DNA of 51,537 bases, from contig CDMY01000563.1 of assembly GCA_001179505.1 (NCBI GenBank), positions 1-51,537 on the forward strand, read 5' to 3'. The position numbers were made by a program, and so were the translations under genes. The DNA is from Vitrella brassicaformis CCMP3155 (taxonomy: Eukaryota > Protista > Chromerida). Positions within the stretch are counted from its first letter, which is position 1; every line of letters starts with the position of its first letter. The notes under the pieces were generated by a model that saw only the letters and a list, made by a program, of their open reading frames with translations, made no database searches and was not told the DNA's origin. Positions 36,769-47,902 of this stretch are shown here, one piece after another.

Positions 36769-37982
36769 ATGAGCGCGGCTTTCAGCTCCCACCCGCAGGC
36801 GCACACGCCCTCCTCTGCCTCCCCGGCCCACATGCACACCCCCACTGCATCCACCCCCATGAACGTCGACAGCACACACCAGGTCGTCGCCAGCCATCAG
36901 CAGCCGGTGGCAGGCAACGTGCCGCGGATGGACAGGGCGGGTTCCAGTGAGAGCAATACGGTGTCGAGTGGGGGGCGGTCGTCGAGCATCGCCAGCCGCA
37001 AGTTCACTTCCCGTCCCGGCATCATCGCCGAGCCAAAACGCAGCCTGCTGGTCGACACTCTGGGCGAATCGTCGCCTGCCCGCCCCCCCATCCCTCTCAA
37101 CCACACTGCGTCCACCGCACCGCCACCACGACCACCACTACCAAAAAAGAGCGGCTGTCCGTCCGACTACTCGATGTTGCTCTCCAACCCGGAGCCCATC
37201 TTCCGCCGCTCGCACAGTGGGCTGCAGTCACACCCGCCGCTTCCCCCACTTCCCGTGCTCGCCAAGATGCACCTGCACCCCTACCTGGCTTTCCGGGCGC
37301 CCGCAGCATGTCACACGAAGCCGGCCGCAGCAGGAGAGGGAGGGAGAGATGGCAAGGCTGACCGGACAAAGAGGCGGCTGCAGCTGGAGTTGAGGCGGCT
37401 GGGCGGTGACGACGTGCCGTCCATCAAGAAGGAGCCGCCGCGTGATCGCGTCAAGAAGGAGGGGAAGCGAGAGGCCAAGTGGCGGATCGGGGAGGCCAAC
37501 CGCCCACGACTCATCCAGACATCCACCCCGTAGGACAGACACGCAACGGCAATACCCATGCATACGCACATCGCTACCTGTCTGTCTGTCTGTCCTTCAG
37601 TCCCCACATTGTGCCTCTCGCCTCCCCCTCCATCCTCACGCCCACCTCGCCATTCGGCCCCTTCGACCTCTCCCCCCCGCCATTGGCATTCTCATCACCC
37701 ACCCAGTGGCCGGCTGTGACGCGCAGCAAGCGCACCAGCATCAAGAGGAAGCCCCCGGTGCGGCAGCGTCTGCGCAGAGAGGACGGCTGGCAGGATGTGT
37801 ATGAGGGCAGTCACGCTGCCGAGAAGGGGTGGCTTGCACATGCTTGCGGCGAGGATGAGTCGTCTCTGAAGGTCCGTCGCGGTGTGCGGTGGACGGAGCT
37901 GTCGCTGTTTGTGCGCGTCCAGAGCTCGGCGAATGAGGTCACCCTGGTGCACATCCCTCCCTGCAACCAGTCGTTCGAGTAA
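36769..37982 (+). CDS. Pro/Ser-rich disordered hypothetical protein (2 exons)
   Basis: A long ORF from ATG 36769 (or 36685) splices (CC|GTAG..TTCAG|T) in frame into the 37479-37982 ORF. The exons lack microsatellites. No family recognised. Confidence 0.6.
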
Positions 37983-39250
37983 AGACATACGGCGAGAGAA
38001 ACATGACGAGGTCGGCCGTCAGATGGCGGAAGTGGAGACGAGGGTGCAGCAGCAGGAAGGCAGCGAAGGATCCGCAGCGCCTGCTGCTGCCCCCTCGTCT
38101 CCATGTCTACTATCATGCGGTCGACCTTGATCTTACTGCACTGTCCTGTGGCATGTGTATGTGTGTGTGTGTGTGTGTGCTGTGGTGGTTGGCGTTTTGG
38201 GTTGGGTGCTGCTGCCTGTGTTGGTGTTTTGCGTTTTTGCGGCTACGTGCATGTGTGTGTAGTATTACTGTCTATTTGGATACCATACAATTCGACCTCC
38301 CGTACTTGGGGAGGGGGAAGGGGAGGGGGCTGACTGCTGACAGACAGAGACAGAGACAGAGAGAGAGAGAGAGAGAGAGAAAGGCAGACAGACAGAGAGA
38401 CAGAGATGAAAGAGACAGGCTGTCCGTTGAATCATGGCAGCATCCGGGTGTGACGCAAGACAGACGAGATCGGCCAGCGTCACGCATCTGTCTGGTCAGA
38501 GTTGCGTGTCACGAGTGTGTTGGTTAGTTAAGCCGCAAGTGTGACATCGTGTGCGCCGCTCTGAGTGAGTCGGTTGGCCAGAGTCTGATAGATAGTGCCC
38601 TATGAGTCGAGCGAGAGAGAGCCAGCAGCGAGAGAAAGATGGAGGATTTGAGTCTTATCGTAATTAAGCCTGTCTTCTGGATGGGAGGGGATCTTGTGCG
38701 TGGGTGCGTCTGATGGCCCACTTGGACTACAAAAGGGACATAACAGACAGATGAATCCGAAATATAGTGTCACGCAGAAGCTCGTTCTTCCTTCTCAAGC
38801 ACACATATGCTGGCAAACCTATCCACCCAAAGACAGCCCAATATGAGGGATTGGCTGATGTTGACTCATCTGCTTGAGCACAAAGGCCCGAAGGCTTACG
38901 GATCGATAGTGTCACAAGGCCCTTACAGGGGTCGGTCATCATTCTATCCTATACACACCAACCAATGTCGACGCCTCTTTCTTGCTTCCCCTGCACACAC
39001 CCCACCACGGAAGCGACAGATACGGAGCAGAACGTGTCCCCTAGCAGAAGCGTCCGGAAGAGGTGTACAAGAGGAATCAAGGAAAAGTGCGTACCACCTT
39101 GGCGAGACAGACGCTCACACGACACAAAGACTACCTCCAGCTAGCTATGGTCTTGTCTCACACTTGCATGGGATAGCCCACACGCGACACGACAACAAGA
39201 ACACCACGATAAAAACCACGGTCACGGGGGGCACGCAGCGCGCAACATCA

Positions 39251-42200
39251 TCATTCAGCAGTAATGGCTGCCTTTTCCTCCTCTCCCTCTTCCTCTGGCT
39301 GCATCGCCCCCTTCTCCACCGTGAAGACCAGCCTTGTCGGGGCCCGGTACTTTTCGATCGACTCGAGGGTGCCGTTCCACGTGCCCTCTGCATCGCTCTC
39401 CACCTGCACTCTGTCGCCCTCTTTCGCCTCACCACGCAGGATCAGAGACGCAATGGGGTTTTCCAGCTCACGTTGAACCGTCCTGCGATAGACAGACAGA
39501 CAACGGGATGGATGGCAGAGAGCCTTTGACAGACAGACAGACAGACAGACAGACACATGGATGGATACACGTATGGCTATTTGCATACCGACGAAGCGGT
39601 CGGGCACCGAACTGAGGGTCGAAGCCTCTGGATGCGAGGAAGCTCTTTGCCGCATCGGTGACCTGCAGACCGATACGACGGTCGGACAGCCGATTAGACA
39701 CCTGCAACACACAGAGAGCACAATGAGCAGTAAGCGCACACCAATGCACCCATTCATCCACTGCTGACATATACCCTACCTTGTTGAGCTCCAGGTTGAC
39801 GATGTTGCGCAGCTCACGGCGGCCAAGGGCGCGAAACACCACAAACTCGTCAATGCGGTTGACAAACTCGGGTCTGAACTGGGCCCTCACGGCCGTCATG
39901 ACTCGCTCCTTGATCTCCTCCTGGACGGTATCGTCGGCCTCGGCCTCCCCGGCCAGCTCCAGGATGGACGACGAGCCGATGTTGGACGTGAAGACGCATA
40001 TGCAGTTCTTGAAGGACACCGTGTTGCCTTTGCCGTCGGTCAGGATGCCGTCGTCAAGCACCTGCACAGGGAGATCGTTCAGACATGTGTGGCCGGATGA
40101 GGTGTGATGTGCTGTGTTCGTCGGTGCACCTGTAGAAGTATGTTGAAGACGTCTGGATGCGCCTTCTCCATCTCGTCGAACAACAGCACCGAGTAGGGTT
40201 TCCGCCGGACGGCGTCGGTCAGCTGCCCGCCCTGATCGTACCCCACATACCCAGGCGGCGCTCCAATCAACCGCGACACCGTGTGCTTCTGCATGCCCAG
40301 CAATACACACACACGACAGCATCATAGACACGCTTTCTCCCTTGTCTCTTTCTGCCCGTTCTGACCTCCATGTATTCGCTCATGTCGATGCGGACCATGG
40401 CGTCAGGGGACGAGAAGAGCGACTCGGCCAGGGCCTTGCACAGCTCCGTCTTGCCCACACCAGTGGGGCCCAGGAAGACAAGCGAAGCGATGGGGCGGTT
40501 GGGGTCAGAGAGGCCGGCCCGTGACCGCTGGATGGCCTCGGCAGTGACCCTGACTGCTTCCGCCTGCCCCACCACCCTCTTTTGCAGGATATCATCAAGC
40601 TGCAGAATCCTCTCGCGCTCAGAATCAACCTGACCAACGACAGAACAGTCCACATGGTGTGTTCATATTCAAATTTCATATCTCACATAGTACCAGTTTG
40701 CTGACGGGTATTCCTGTCCAACTCGAGACGATGGCAGCGATGTCCTCCGGCACCACCTCGTCACGCAACATGCGGTTCGGCCCTGCGCTGTACTGACGCT
40801 CCAGCTCTGCCAGCTTCTTCTGCAGCTCGGGGATGCGACCGAAACGGATCTCAGCCGCCTTATTCAGGTCATAAGACCTGCAGACGAGAGGAGGAGTATG
40901 TGCATAGTGAGTACGCATGCGTGTGTCCTCTGATCGCTTGCCTTTCGGCCTTTTCTTGCTCGAGCTTGGCTTCATCCAGTTGCTGCTTGATGGACCGGAG
41001 GTCCGTGATGGCCGCCTTCTCGCCCTCCCATATCGCATTCAGACGAGACTGCTCCTCCTGACGAGTGCATGAAGACAGAGCGAAGGGCACAGACGCTTTT
41101 CCTTTTATGTCTTTTGCTCACTTTGAGGTCAGATAGCCTTCTCTCGAGCTGTGCGAGCCGGGCCCTCTCGTGCGGCGCCAGAGTGGACGCCTCGCTGTCC
41201 TCCTTGATGCTGATCCGCTCCATCTCCAGCTGCACTATCTGGCGGTCAATCGCGTCAAGATCCTCTGGGCGGCTGGTCACCTGAACGTTCAGCACAACAT
41301 GACTTCAGCACATGTGTGTGAGCGGGTACTGTGTGCGTACCTGGACTTTGAGTTTTGCGGCGGCCTCGTCGACGAGGTCGATGGCCTTGTCGGGCAAGAA
41401 CCGATCGCTGATGTATCGATTAGCGAGATTGCTGGCGGCCACCAGGGCCGAGTCGCGGATGCGCACACCATGATGCATCTCATACCGCTCACGCAAACCT
41501 GATGTATCGCACAGATAGAGGTAGTTAACAACAGATCCATAGAATGGAAATGTGTCTGTCACCTCTGAGTATGCTAGTGGTTGCGTCCACGGCCGGCTCG
41601 TCCACATAGACGGACTGGAAGCGGCGGGCGAGTGCTTTGTCCTTCTCGATGTACTTGCGGTACTCATCCATGGTCGTCGCCCCAATGCACCGCAGCTCGC
41701 CGCGTGCAAGCATGGGCTGACCAACACAGACAGACAGACAGACATGCTGGTATCATATAAGAGTGAGCAGATGGTTTGGTTGCACTAACCTTGAGTATGT
41801 TGCTTGCATCCATGCCGCCCGACTCGCCGCCCCCGCCAGCCCCCACGACGGTGTGTATCTCGTCGATGAACATGACGACCTGCCCCTGGGCGTCACTCAC
41901 CTCCTTCAACACGCCCTTGAGCCGCTCCTCAAACTCGCCACGGTACTTGGCACCTGTATAGAAGTGTATATGCATCGGTCAGAGCGCGCGCGTGTGCGCG
42001 CGCGTGTGTGTGTAGGTGTGTGCACCTGCGATCATGGATGCCATGTCGAGGGCGATGAGTCGTCGGCCTTTTAGTGAGTCGGGGACGTCACCGAGGAGGA
42101 TCCGCTGCGCCAGGCCCTCAGCGATGGCCGTCTTGCCCACACCAGGGTCACCCAGGAGAATCGGGTTGTTCTTGCTACATGGACAGTGAGCAAAGACGGG

Positions 42201-43311
42201 TTATCTAATGAGCCGAAATGGACCGTGTTGTCTGCTTACGTGCGTCTGGAGAGAATCTGCACCACCCGCCGGATCTCCTCATCACGCCCGATCACGGGGT
42301 CCAGCTTGCCCTCGCTCGCCAGCTGAGTCAAATCCCTGCGCCGACACAGCTCATTCATGCCAGAGAGAGCATCAACACCTGTCAGTGTGTGTGCCTCGAT
42401 TCGTACCGGCCGTACTTCTCCAGTGCCTGGTATGATCCCTCGGCCGTCTTGGTCGTCACGCGACGAGAGCCGCGCAGCTGGCTGACCGCCTGAAGGAGTG
42501 CCTCCGGCGTGATGCCCTGGTGCTGCAGAGCCTCTTTTGTGAAGCGAGTGTCGGCCTCGGCTAGCGCCAGCAGCAGGTGCTCAACAGAGATATACTCGTC
42601 TGTGAAGCGGCCCTTGATTGACTTGGCCGTATTCAAGACCTGCCCACACACACACACTTTTCCACATTCCTCCTTCAGTGACAGACCTCCCTCACCAACT
42701 CACGTTGATGAGAGACCTTCCAACCGGCCTGTCTGACGCGCCGCGTGCTGTGGTGACCCGCGGCTGCTTCTCGAGAAACTCCTTGAGCTCTCGCAGCAGA
42801 CGGGCAATGTCGGCACCACCTAATGGCAGAAAGACAAATGCATCAACCCTTTCCTTGCCCACCGGTCCGCCAACTCACCCTTGAAGAGAATGCGCTGCGC
42901 CAGCCCATCTGGTCCCTGGTTGAGCAAGGCTTGCAGCAGCAGCTCCGCCTCAGCAGACGGCGGCTGATACCTCTCTATCAGCGGAATGACCTCTGTGATC
43001 GCCTCCCAGGCCTTCTCAGTATAGTCATTGGCATTCAGAGAGACCGACCCGCCGCCCGGCGGCCCCTCGGCGCTCGATGAATAGCCCCGACAGCCGCTTG
43101 GTGGACCAGACGCATTGTGCCGTGTTGTCGACCGCCATGCCGACTCATGGAACGGCCACGCATTTCCGTTGGTGAAGTCGCTGCGTTGAGATGGATGGGA
43201 CGTGGCGAGGCATCTGGATGCGGACAGCAGCCACGGGCGCCGACTGTGGGATACCCAACTTCTGCAGATGGGATACGTGTTTTGTGCAGAGATCTTCAGT
43301 CTTGACAGCAT
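39251..43311 (-). CDS. clpB: ClpB/Hsp100 disaggregase with Arg/Ser-rich presequence (probably mitochondrial)
   Basis: N-domain ([18 protein letters not shown]), [13 protein letters not shown], Walker [48 protein letters not shown]-domain coiled coil, [34 protein letters not shown]. Confidence 0.96.
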
Positions 43312-43649
43312 GACCACCCCATAGAAAGCAGAACAGTGATGTTTTCTCTCCAAGATCCCCGGGCTTAGCTCGCACAGATTGATTAGGGCAGGTTGTGTTA
43401 GACGAAAGATCTGAATCTTTCTCAGATCTGCCGTCTGTTCTCTCCTCCTGTCGCGTGTCGCAGTAGCCCACCTTTCTCGCCAACTTCCATTGATCGTCCG
43501 CGCTCTCCACACTCACTTGAGGTACGCAACACGTCAGACTCTTTCGCACCTTCCTTCTCGTTCTGGTGCTCCTGTGGGCTATGCACAGGTGTCTGCTGCA
43601 GCGACTATCTGCCTCCTTTCTGTTTCCGCCGCACCCGTGGTCCATCGTC
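43312..43649. promoter_or_regulatory. Probable bidirectional promoter, ClpB / LEA-like copy 1
   Basis: 338 bp between divergent ATGs; AGATCT at 43407 and 43424. Confidence 0.55.
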
Positions 43650-44305
43650 ATGTCGAGCGAAAACAAGGAGGGGCAGCAGCAGGGCGGGCCGAGCGTCATG
43701 GACCAGATCAAGGGTGGGTGGGTGGGTGGGTGGGGATGCACACACCATGAGGGGGCATTCTGGACGATTTGTTGCCATGTTCGTGTGCACGTGCGATGGT
43801 GTGTGTGTGTGTCAGGCGGTGCGGCCTATCTTGGCGACAAGGCCCAGCAGGCGCTTGACGCTGGCAAGCAGGCCGTCTTCGGCAGCGACGACACGAAGGA
43901 CCCTCAGGGAGCCGACAAGGTACCATCCGCGCAAGCCCTTCCGCCCACGCAAACACGCCTCCGCTATGCAAGCGATGTGATGGCTTCCTCTGTGCAGGTG
44001 AAGGCCGACCTGGAGCGTAAGGAGCAAGAAGCCAAGGATGCCTTGGAGAAGACGCGCCAGCAGGCCGACGAGCAGCTGCGCAAGATGGGTGACGCCGCCA
44101 ACGAGGCGAAGGACAACGTCAAGGACACCGCCAAGGGCGCGCTTGACCAGGCCAAGCAGATGATCGGCGGCGACAAGGAGGGCGCTGGGGAGAAGAAATA
44201 GATAGACTGACTGCATGAGTCGCTTTCTGAGTGACTGAGCTGAGCTGCGTGTATGTGTGTGGAGAGCTGACTCCGGTTGGCTGCTGCGTGTTGCGTGTTA
44301 GCTGT
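43505..44305 (+). repeat. Segmental duplication unit A (paired with 46537-47362)
   Basis: Colinear similarity across a 5' UTR intron, three exons, both introns and the 3' UTR, with sharp ends (ctccacactcacttgagg ... gttagctgt). Confidence 0.95.
43650..44201 (+). CDS. LEA (group 3)-like hydrophilin, copy 1 (123 aa, 3 exons)
   Basis: MSSENKEGQQQGGPSVMDQIK|GGAAYLGDKAQQALDAGKQAVFGSDDTKDPQGADK|VKADLERKEQEAKDALEKTRQQADEQLRKMGDAANEAKDNVKDTAKGALDQAKQMIGGDKEGAGEKK*. Rich in A/K/D/E/Q, no Cys or Trp, with 11-residue periodicity. Confidence 0.78.
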   Translation: MSSENKEGQQQGGPSVMDQIKGGWVGGWGCTHHEGAFWTICCHVRVHVRWCVCVSGGAAYLGDKAQQALDAGKQAVFGSDDTKDPQGADKVPSAQALPPTQTRLRYASDVMASSVQVKADLERKEQEAKDALEKTRQQADEQLRKMGDAANEAKDNVKDTAKGALDQAKQMIGGDKEGAGEKK

Positions 44306-44981
44306 AGATACTTCATATGCTTGTTTATCGACAGTTTCTGAGGCCGCCAGTGGCCGTGAGGATGGTGGGAGAGCTGGGTAGATTGGTAACAGACTTTCTC
44401 GACTTTCTGAGGCGTGAAAGTGATGTGTATCCTGTGGACACCATTCAACATGGGATGAACGAGAAGAAGCTTCTCCCTCTCCTAACTCTTTCCTGTTGAG
44501 GATTCCTGGTTTTGAGTGCACTCAAGTTGACCGTAATGAGCATTTTCACCATGTACGGTCTGTGTCTGTCTGTGTCTGTGTGTGTCCCATGCAGGTTTGA
44601 GTGTTTGCAGTTCCTGTTGCACAACAAGTGTCCCTCCTACCACTGCCCCTTCATAGACGCGGTATGTACCCACACGGACTCAGCAACATCAGCCTGTCCC
44701 ATTTCGCGAAGTAGGAAATGACGCTGCATTGACGCAGACGAGAAAAAGGCGCCTTCCTACTGATGGGAGGAAGACTGATGTGTCGGCCTGATGGACTCCT
44801 TTGTTGTGTCTGGTAATACTGGGGGTGGCTGCGCAGACGTCATGAATGGTGTTGTGTCGTGTATGCAAGTGTCGTGTCGTCTGCTTAATGCCGCCGTGAC
44901 TTTAGCAGGGCCTGAGGAGCTCCCTCGTTCATTAAAGCACGCTTGCTTGTCTTCTGCTTGTCCAAAACCGCCATTTTTGCG

Positions 44982-45133
44982 TCAGCTTTCCGCATGGAAG
45001 GCTGGCTTTCCGGGTGGAAAGCTGGCCTTCTGCACTGCAAAGCTGGTTTTCCGTGGCGCTGGCTGGCTTTCCGAGTGTCTGTCCAGCTTTCTGACTGGTA
45101 GGGCCAGCTTGCCGGACGAAGCACCAGCTTTTC
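44982..45133. repeat. Phased array of eight degenerate palindromic units (consensus GGAAAGC-TG/CA-GCTTTCC)
   Basis: Cores start at 44982, 45002, 45022, 45043, 45063, 45083, 45104 and 45124 (spacing 20,20,21,20,20,21,20). Confidence 0.75.
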
Positions 45134-45593
45134 GCCGCACCTCGTCGGGTAGTGTGGATGGATGGATGGATGAATGTAATTGTGGATGTGCCCTCACCCC
45201 ACGCGCACTCAGTCTGCAAGTCTGCAACACACACACACACACATATGGGTGGATGGAGGAGATAGCTTTTGGATTATGTAGCAGACTTGTGCGTGGTAGA
45301 AATGTGAGACAAGTGGAAAGAGGGTATAAAGAGAAAGGAAGAAGCGAGCTTTCGCGAGATGAGTTGCCCTCCTCCGTCGGGGGGTCGGGACTCGCTTCGC
45401 GTTCGCCGCAATGCATGCAAAGCCCCCAAGCTCGCATGAGGCCCCCAAAAAAAGACGGTACCGAATGAAAGTCTCGAGGCCCCAATTACAAACGAACAAA
45501 CACGAACTTCGGGTAAGAGCGTGCCTCGCTCGCAGGCTTCGCGAGTCCCGAACGATCGCGAGATTCTTGAAGGAGTTTTCTCTCAAAACAAAG

Positions 45594-46366
45594 ATGGGTT
45601 CGTGTTATAGCACACTGAGCGGGTATATACGTCGCTGGTGGCGCAACCGTTGCGTGAGGAGGAGCACACTGGTCGCTCTCCGGATAAGGGTGTTCTACGG
45701 TGTCTGCAACGTGTACGGGACGGTCCCAGAATGGGTGTTCAGCATCCCAGATCTCCCTTACGTACGCAACACGAAGAGGGAGCGAGAGAGAGAGCGACAC
45801 ACACGTACCTACCGCTGGCTGGCTATCCTTGGCGCTCTGTGTGTGTGTGTGTGTGTGCAGGTGCAGCTATGCGCGGTGGCGAAGCACCTCGGAGAAAACG
45901 GGGAGCTGGCGGACGACGACGCGAAAGGGGCGTTCAGGGCTGCGGTAAGATGTCAACCCCGACAGACAGGGCAAACAGACAGGAGAATGTGTACGTCGTA
46001 TGTGTGTTGTGTGTGCGCAGGTGGTCCGCATGTCGTGCCAAGTTCGGTTCATGCGTGTGTATTGGGCCAGGACGATTCGGGGAGAACCCTTCGGCCAGTA
46101 CGCAGTGGCACTCACCCGCCAACCCACCCACCCACCCCATGCGCAAGTGTCAATGCTGGCGCTTACTTGTGTCCTTGTGTGTGTGCGCTCATGCATGCAT
46201 TCATCCAAACAGGGAAATGGAGAAGACGCTGCCGAAACCGCCCCACTACCCCGACATCCTCAATCGCCCCCTATCGGAGGCCATTTCAATATGTAGAGAG
46301 AATGGCCCTGGGAGAGGCCAGGTCGAGGACGCGCCAGGTGGACTGGGTCTTAGGGAATACAAGTGA
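45594..46366 (+). CDS. Hypothetical protein with N-terminal MGSCYS acylation motif (4 exons)
   Basis: Three GT-AG introns join in frame: MGSCYS..PDLPY|VQLCAV..FRAA|VVRMSC..EPFG|QEMEKTLPKPP..LREYK*. Confidence 0.6.
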
Positions 46367-46536
46367 CGCGTTAGTCGGCTCATTTCTACTGGGTGCATTT
46401 GTACAGAATTGTGATGAGAGAGGTTGTGAGTGCATTTGAGCTCGCTCCATATGTGTCCATGTGAGCGGACCGTGCGCCGAAGTGGATGGCCTGGTGGAGA
46501 TACATGCGTCATGTATGAAGCGTCTTGGCGACAGCA

Positions 46537-47362
46537 CTCCACACTCACTTGAGGTACGCAACTCGTCAGACTCCTTCCGCCCAAATTGTTCTGCTGCTCC
46601 TCTGGGCTATGCACAGGTGTCTGTCACAGGTGTCTGCTGCAGCGACCATCTGCCTCGTTTCTGTTTCCGCCGCACCTGTGTGTGATCCCTCGTCATGTCG
46701 AGCGAAAACAAGGAGGGGCAGCAGCAGGGCGGGCCGAGCGTCATGGACCAGATCAAGGGTGGGTGGGTGAGGGGGGATGCACACACCATGAGGGGGCATT
46801 CTGGACGATTCGTTGCCCTGTCTGTGTGCATGTGCGATGGTGTGTGTGTCAGGCGGTGCGGCCTATCTTGGCGACAAGGCCCAGCAGGCGCTTGACGCTG
46901 GCAAGCAGGCCGTCTTCGGCAGCGACGACACGAAGGACCCTCAGGGAGCCGACAAGGTACTATCCGCGCACACAAGCCCTTCCGCCCACGCACACACACC
47001 CAGGCCATGTACCCTGTGATGTGATGGCTTCCTCTGTGCAGTTGAAGGCCGACCTGGAGCGTAAGGAGCAAGAAGCCAAGGATGCCTTGGAGAAGACGCG
47101 CCAGCAGGCCGACGAGCAGCTGCGCAAGATAGGGGACGCCGCCAACGAGGCCAAGGCCAACGTCAAGGACACCGCCAAGGGTGCGCTTGACCAGGCCAAG
47201 CAGATGATCGGCGGCGACAAGGAGGGCGCTGGGGAGAAGAAATAGATAGACTGACTGCATGATAGACGTGAGAGTCGCTTTCTGAGTGACTGAGCTGAGC
47301 TGCGTGTATGTGTGTGGAGAGTTGACTCCGGCTGGCTGGCCTGCGTGTTGCGTGTTAGCTGT
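46537..47362 (+). repeat. Segmental duplication unit B (paired with 43505-44305)
   Basis: Same as unit A, plus a local duplication of cacaggtgtctg in the 5' UTR. Confidence 0.95.
46695..47245 (+). CDS. LEA (group 3)-like hydrophilin, copy 2
   Basis: Near-identical to copy 1 (V->L, M->I, D->A in exon 3). Splice sites and stop are intact. Confidence 0.78.
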
Positions 47363-47376
47363 TGATAGATAGCGCG

Positions 47377-47647
47377 ATGTCGATGATGGAGACATTGCGT
47401 CTCCAGCGTGAGTTGCAGGCGGCTGCGTTGGAGAATCGGCGGCTCAAGAGCTGCCTCGACAAGGAGAGGACCAGACAGACTGTCAACCAACAGGTGTGTG
47501 AGCCAACGACAAAGGCTGCTAATCGGCGTGAGTGTGTGTCTCCTTATGTCACTGATACAGACGTTCGGCGCTTTGCAAGAGGAGAATCGCAGCCTCCGCG
47601 AGCAGCTGACCAGCCAGCAGGGCAGCGTCAATGCTGAGAGAAACTGA
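47377..47647 (+). CDS. Short coiled-coil ORF or relic (2 exons)
   Basis: MSMMETLRLQRELQAAALENRRLKSCLDKERTRQTVNQQ|TFGALQEENRSLREQLTSQQGSVNAERN*. It starts just after the duplication breakpoint. Confidence 0.35.
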
Positions 47648-47902
47648 GGGCTGGATGCTCACGTGTTTGTGGACATATCCAATCAAGTCTTGATGTCTCA
47701 TGGCAAACGCACAACGCCTCACAGCCCCTCGCAATGGTCCACATGAAGACACAAGAAAGAAAGATACTGAGGGCTACCATTTGTATCCGCGGTGTCATTT
47801 GTGACGACACATGATCGGTCGGGTCTCACTGTCAGATCACCCACTCACAACGCCTCCTAGCTTCTCGTTCGATGCACACCCGAGCGACTGACAGACTCTG
47901 GC

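Noticed and set aside
44430-44670. Ankyrin-like fragment FECLQFLLHNKCP on the + strand
   Set aside because: One short exon-like piece with no start, continuation or second repeat.
44982-45133. CRISPR-like reading of the repeat-spacer array
   Set aside because: Repeats and spacers are only about 10 nt and degenerate, there are no cas genes, and the context is eukaryotic. Kept as a palindrome array instead.
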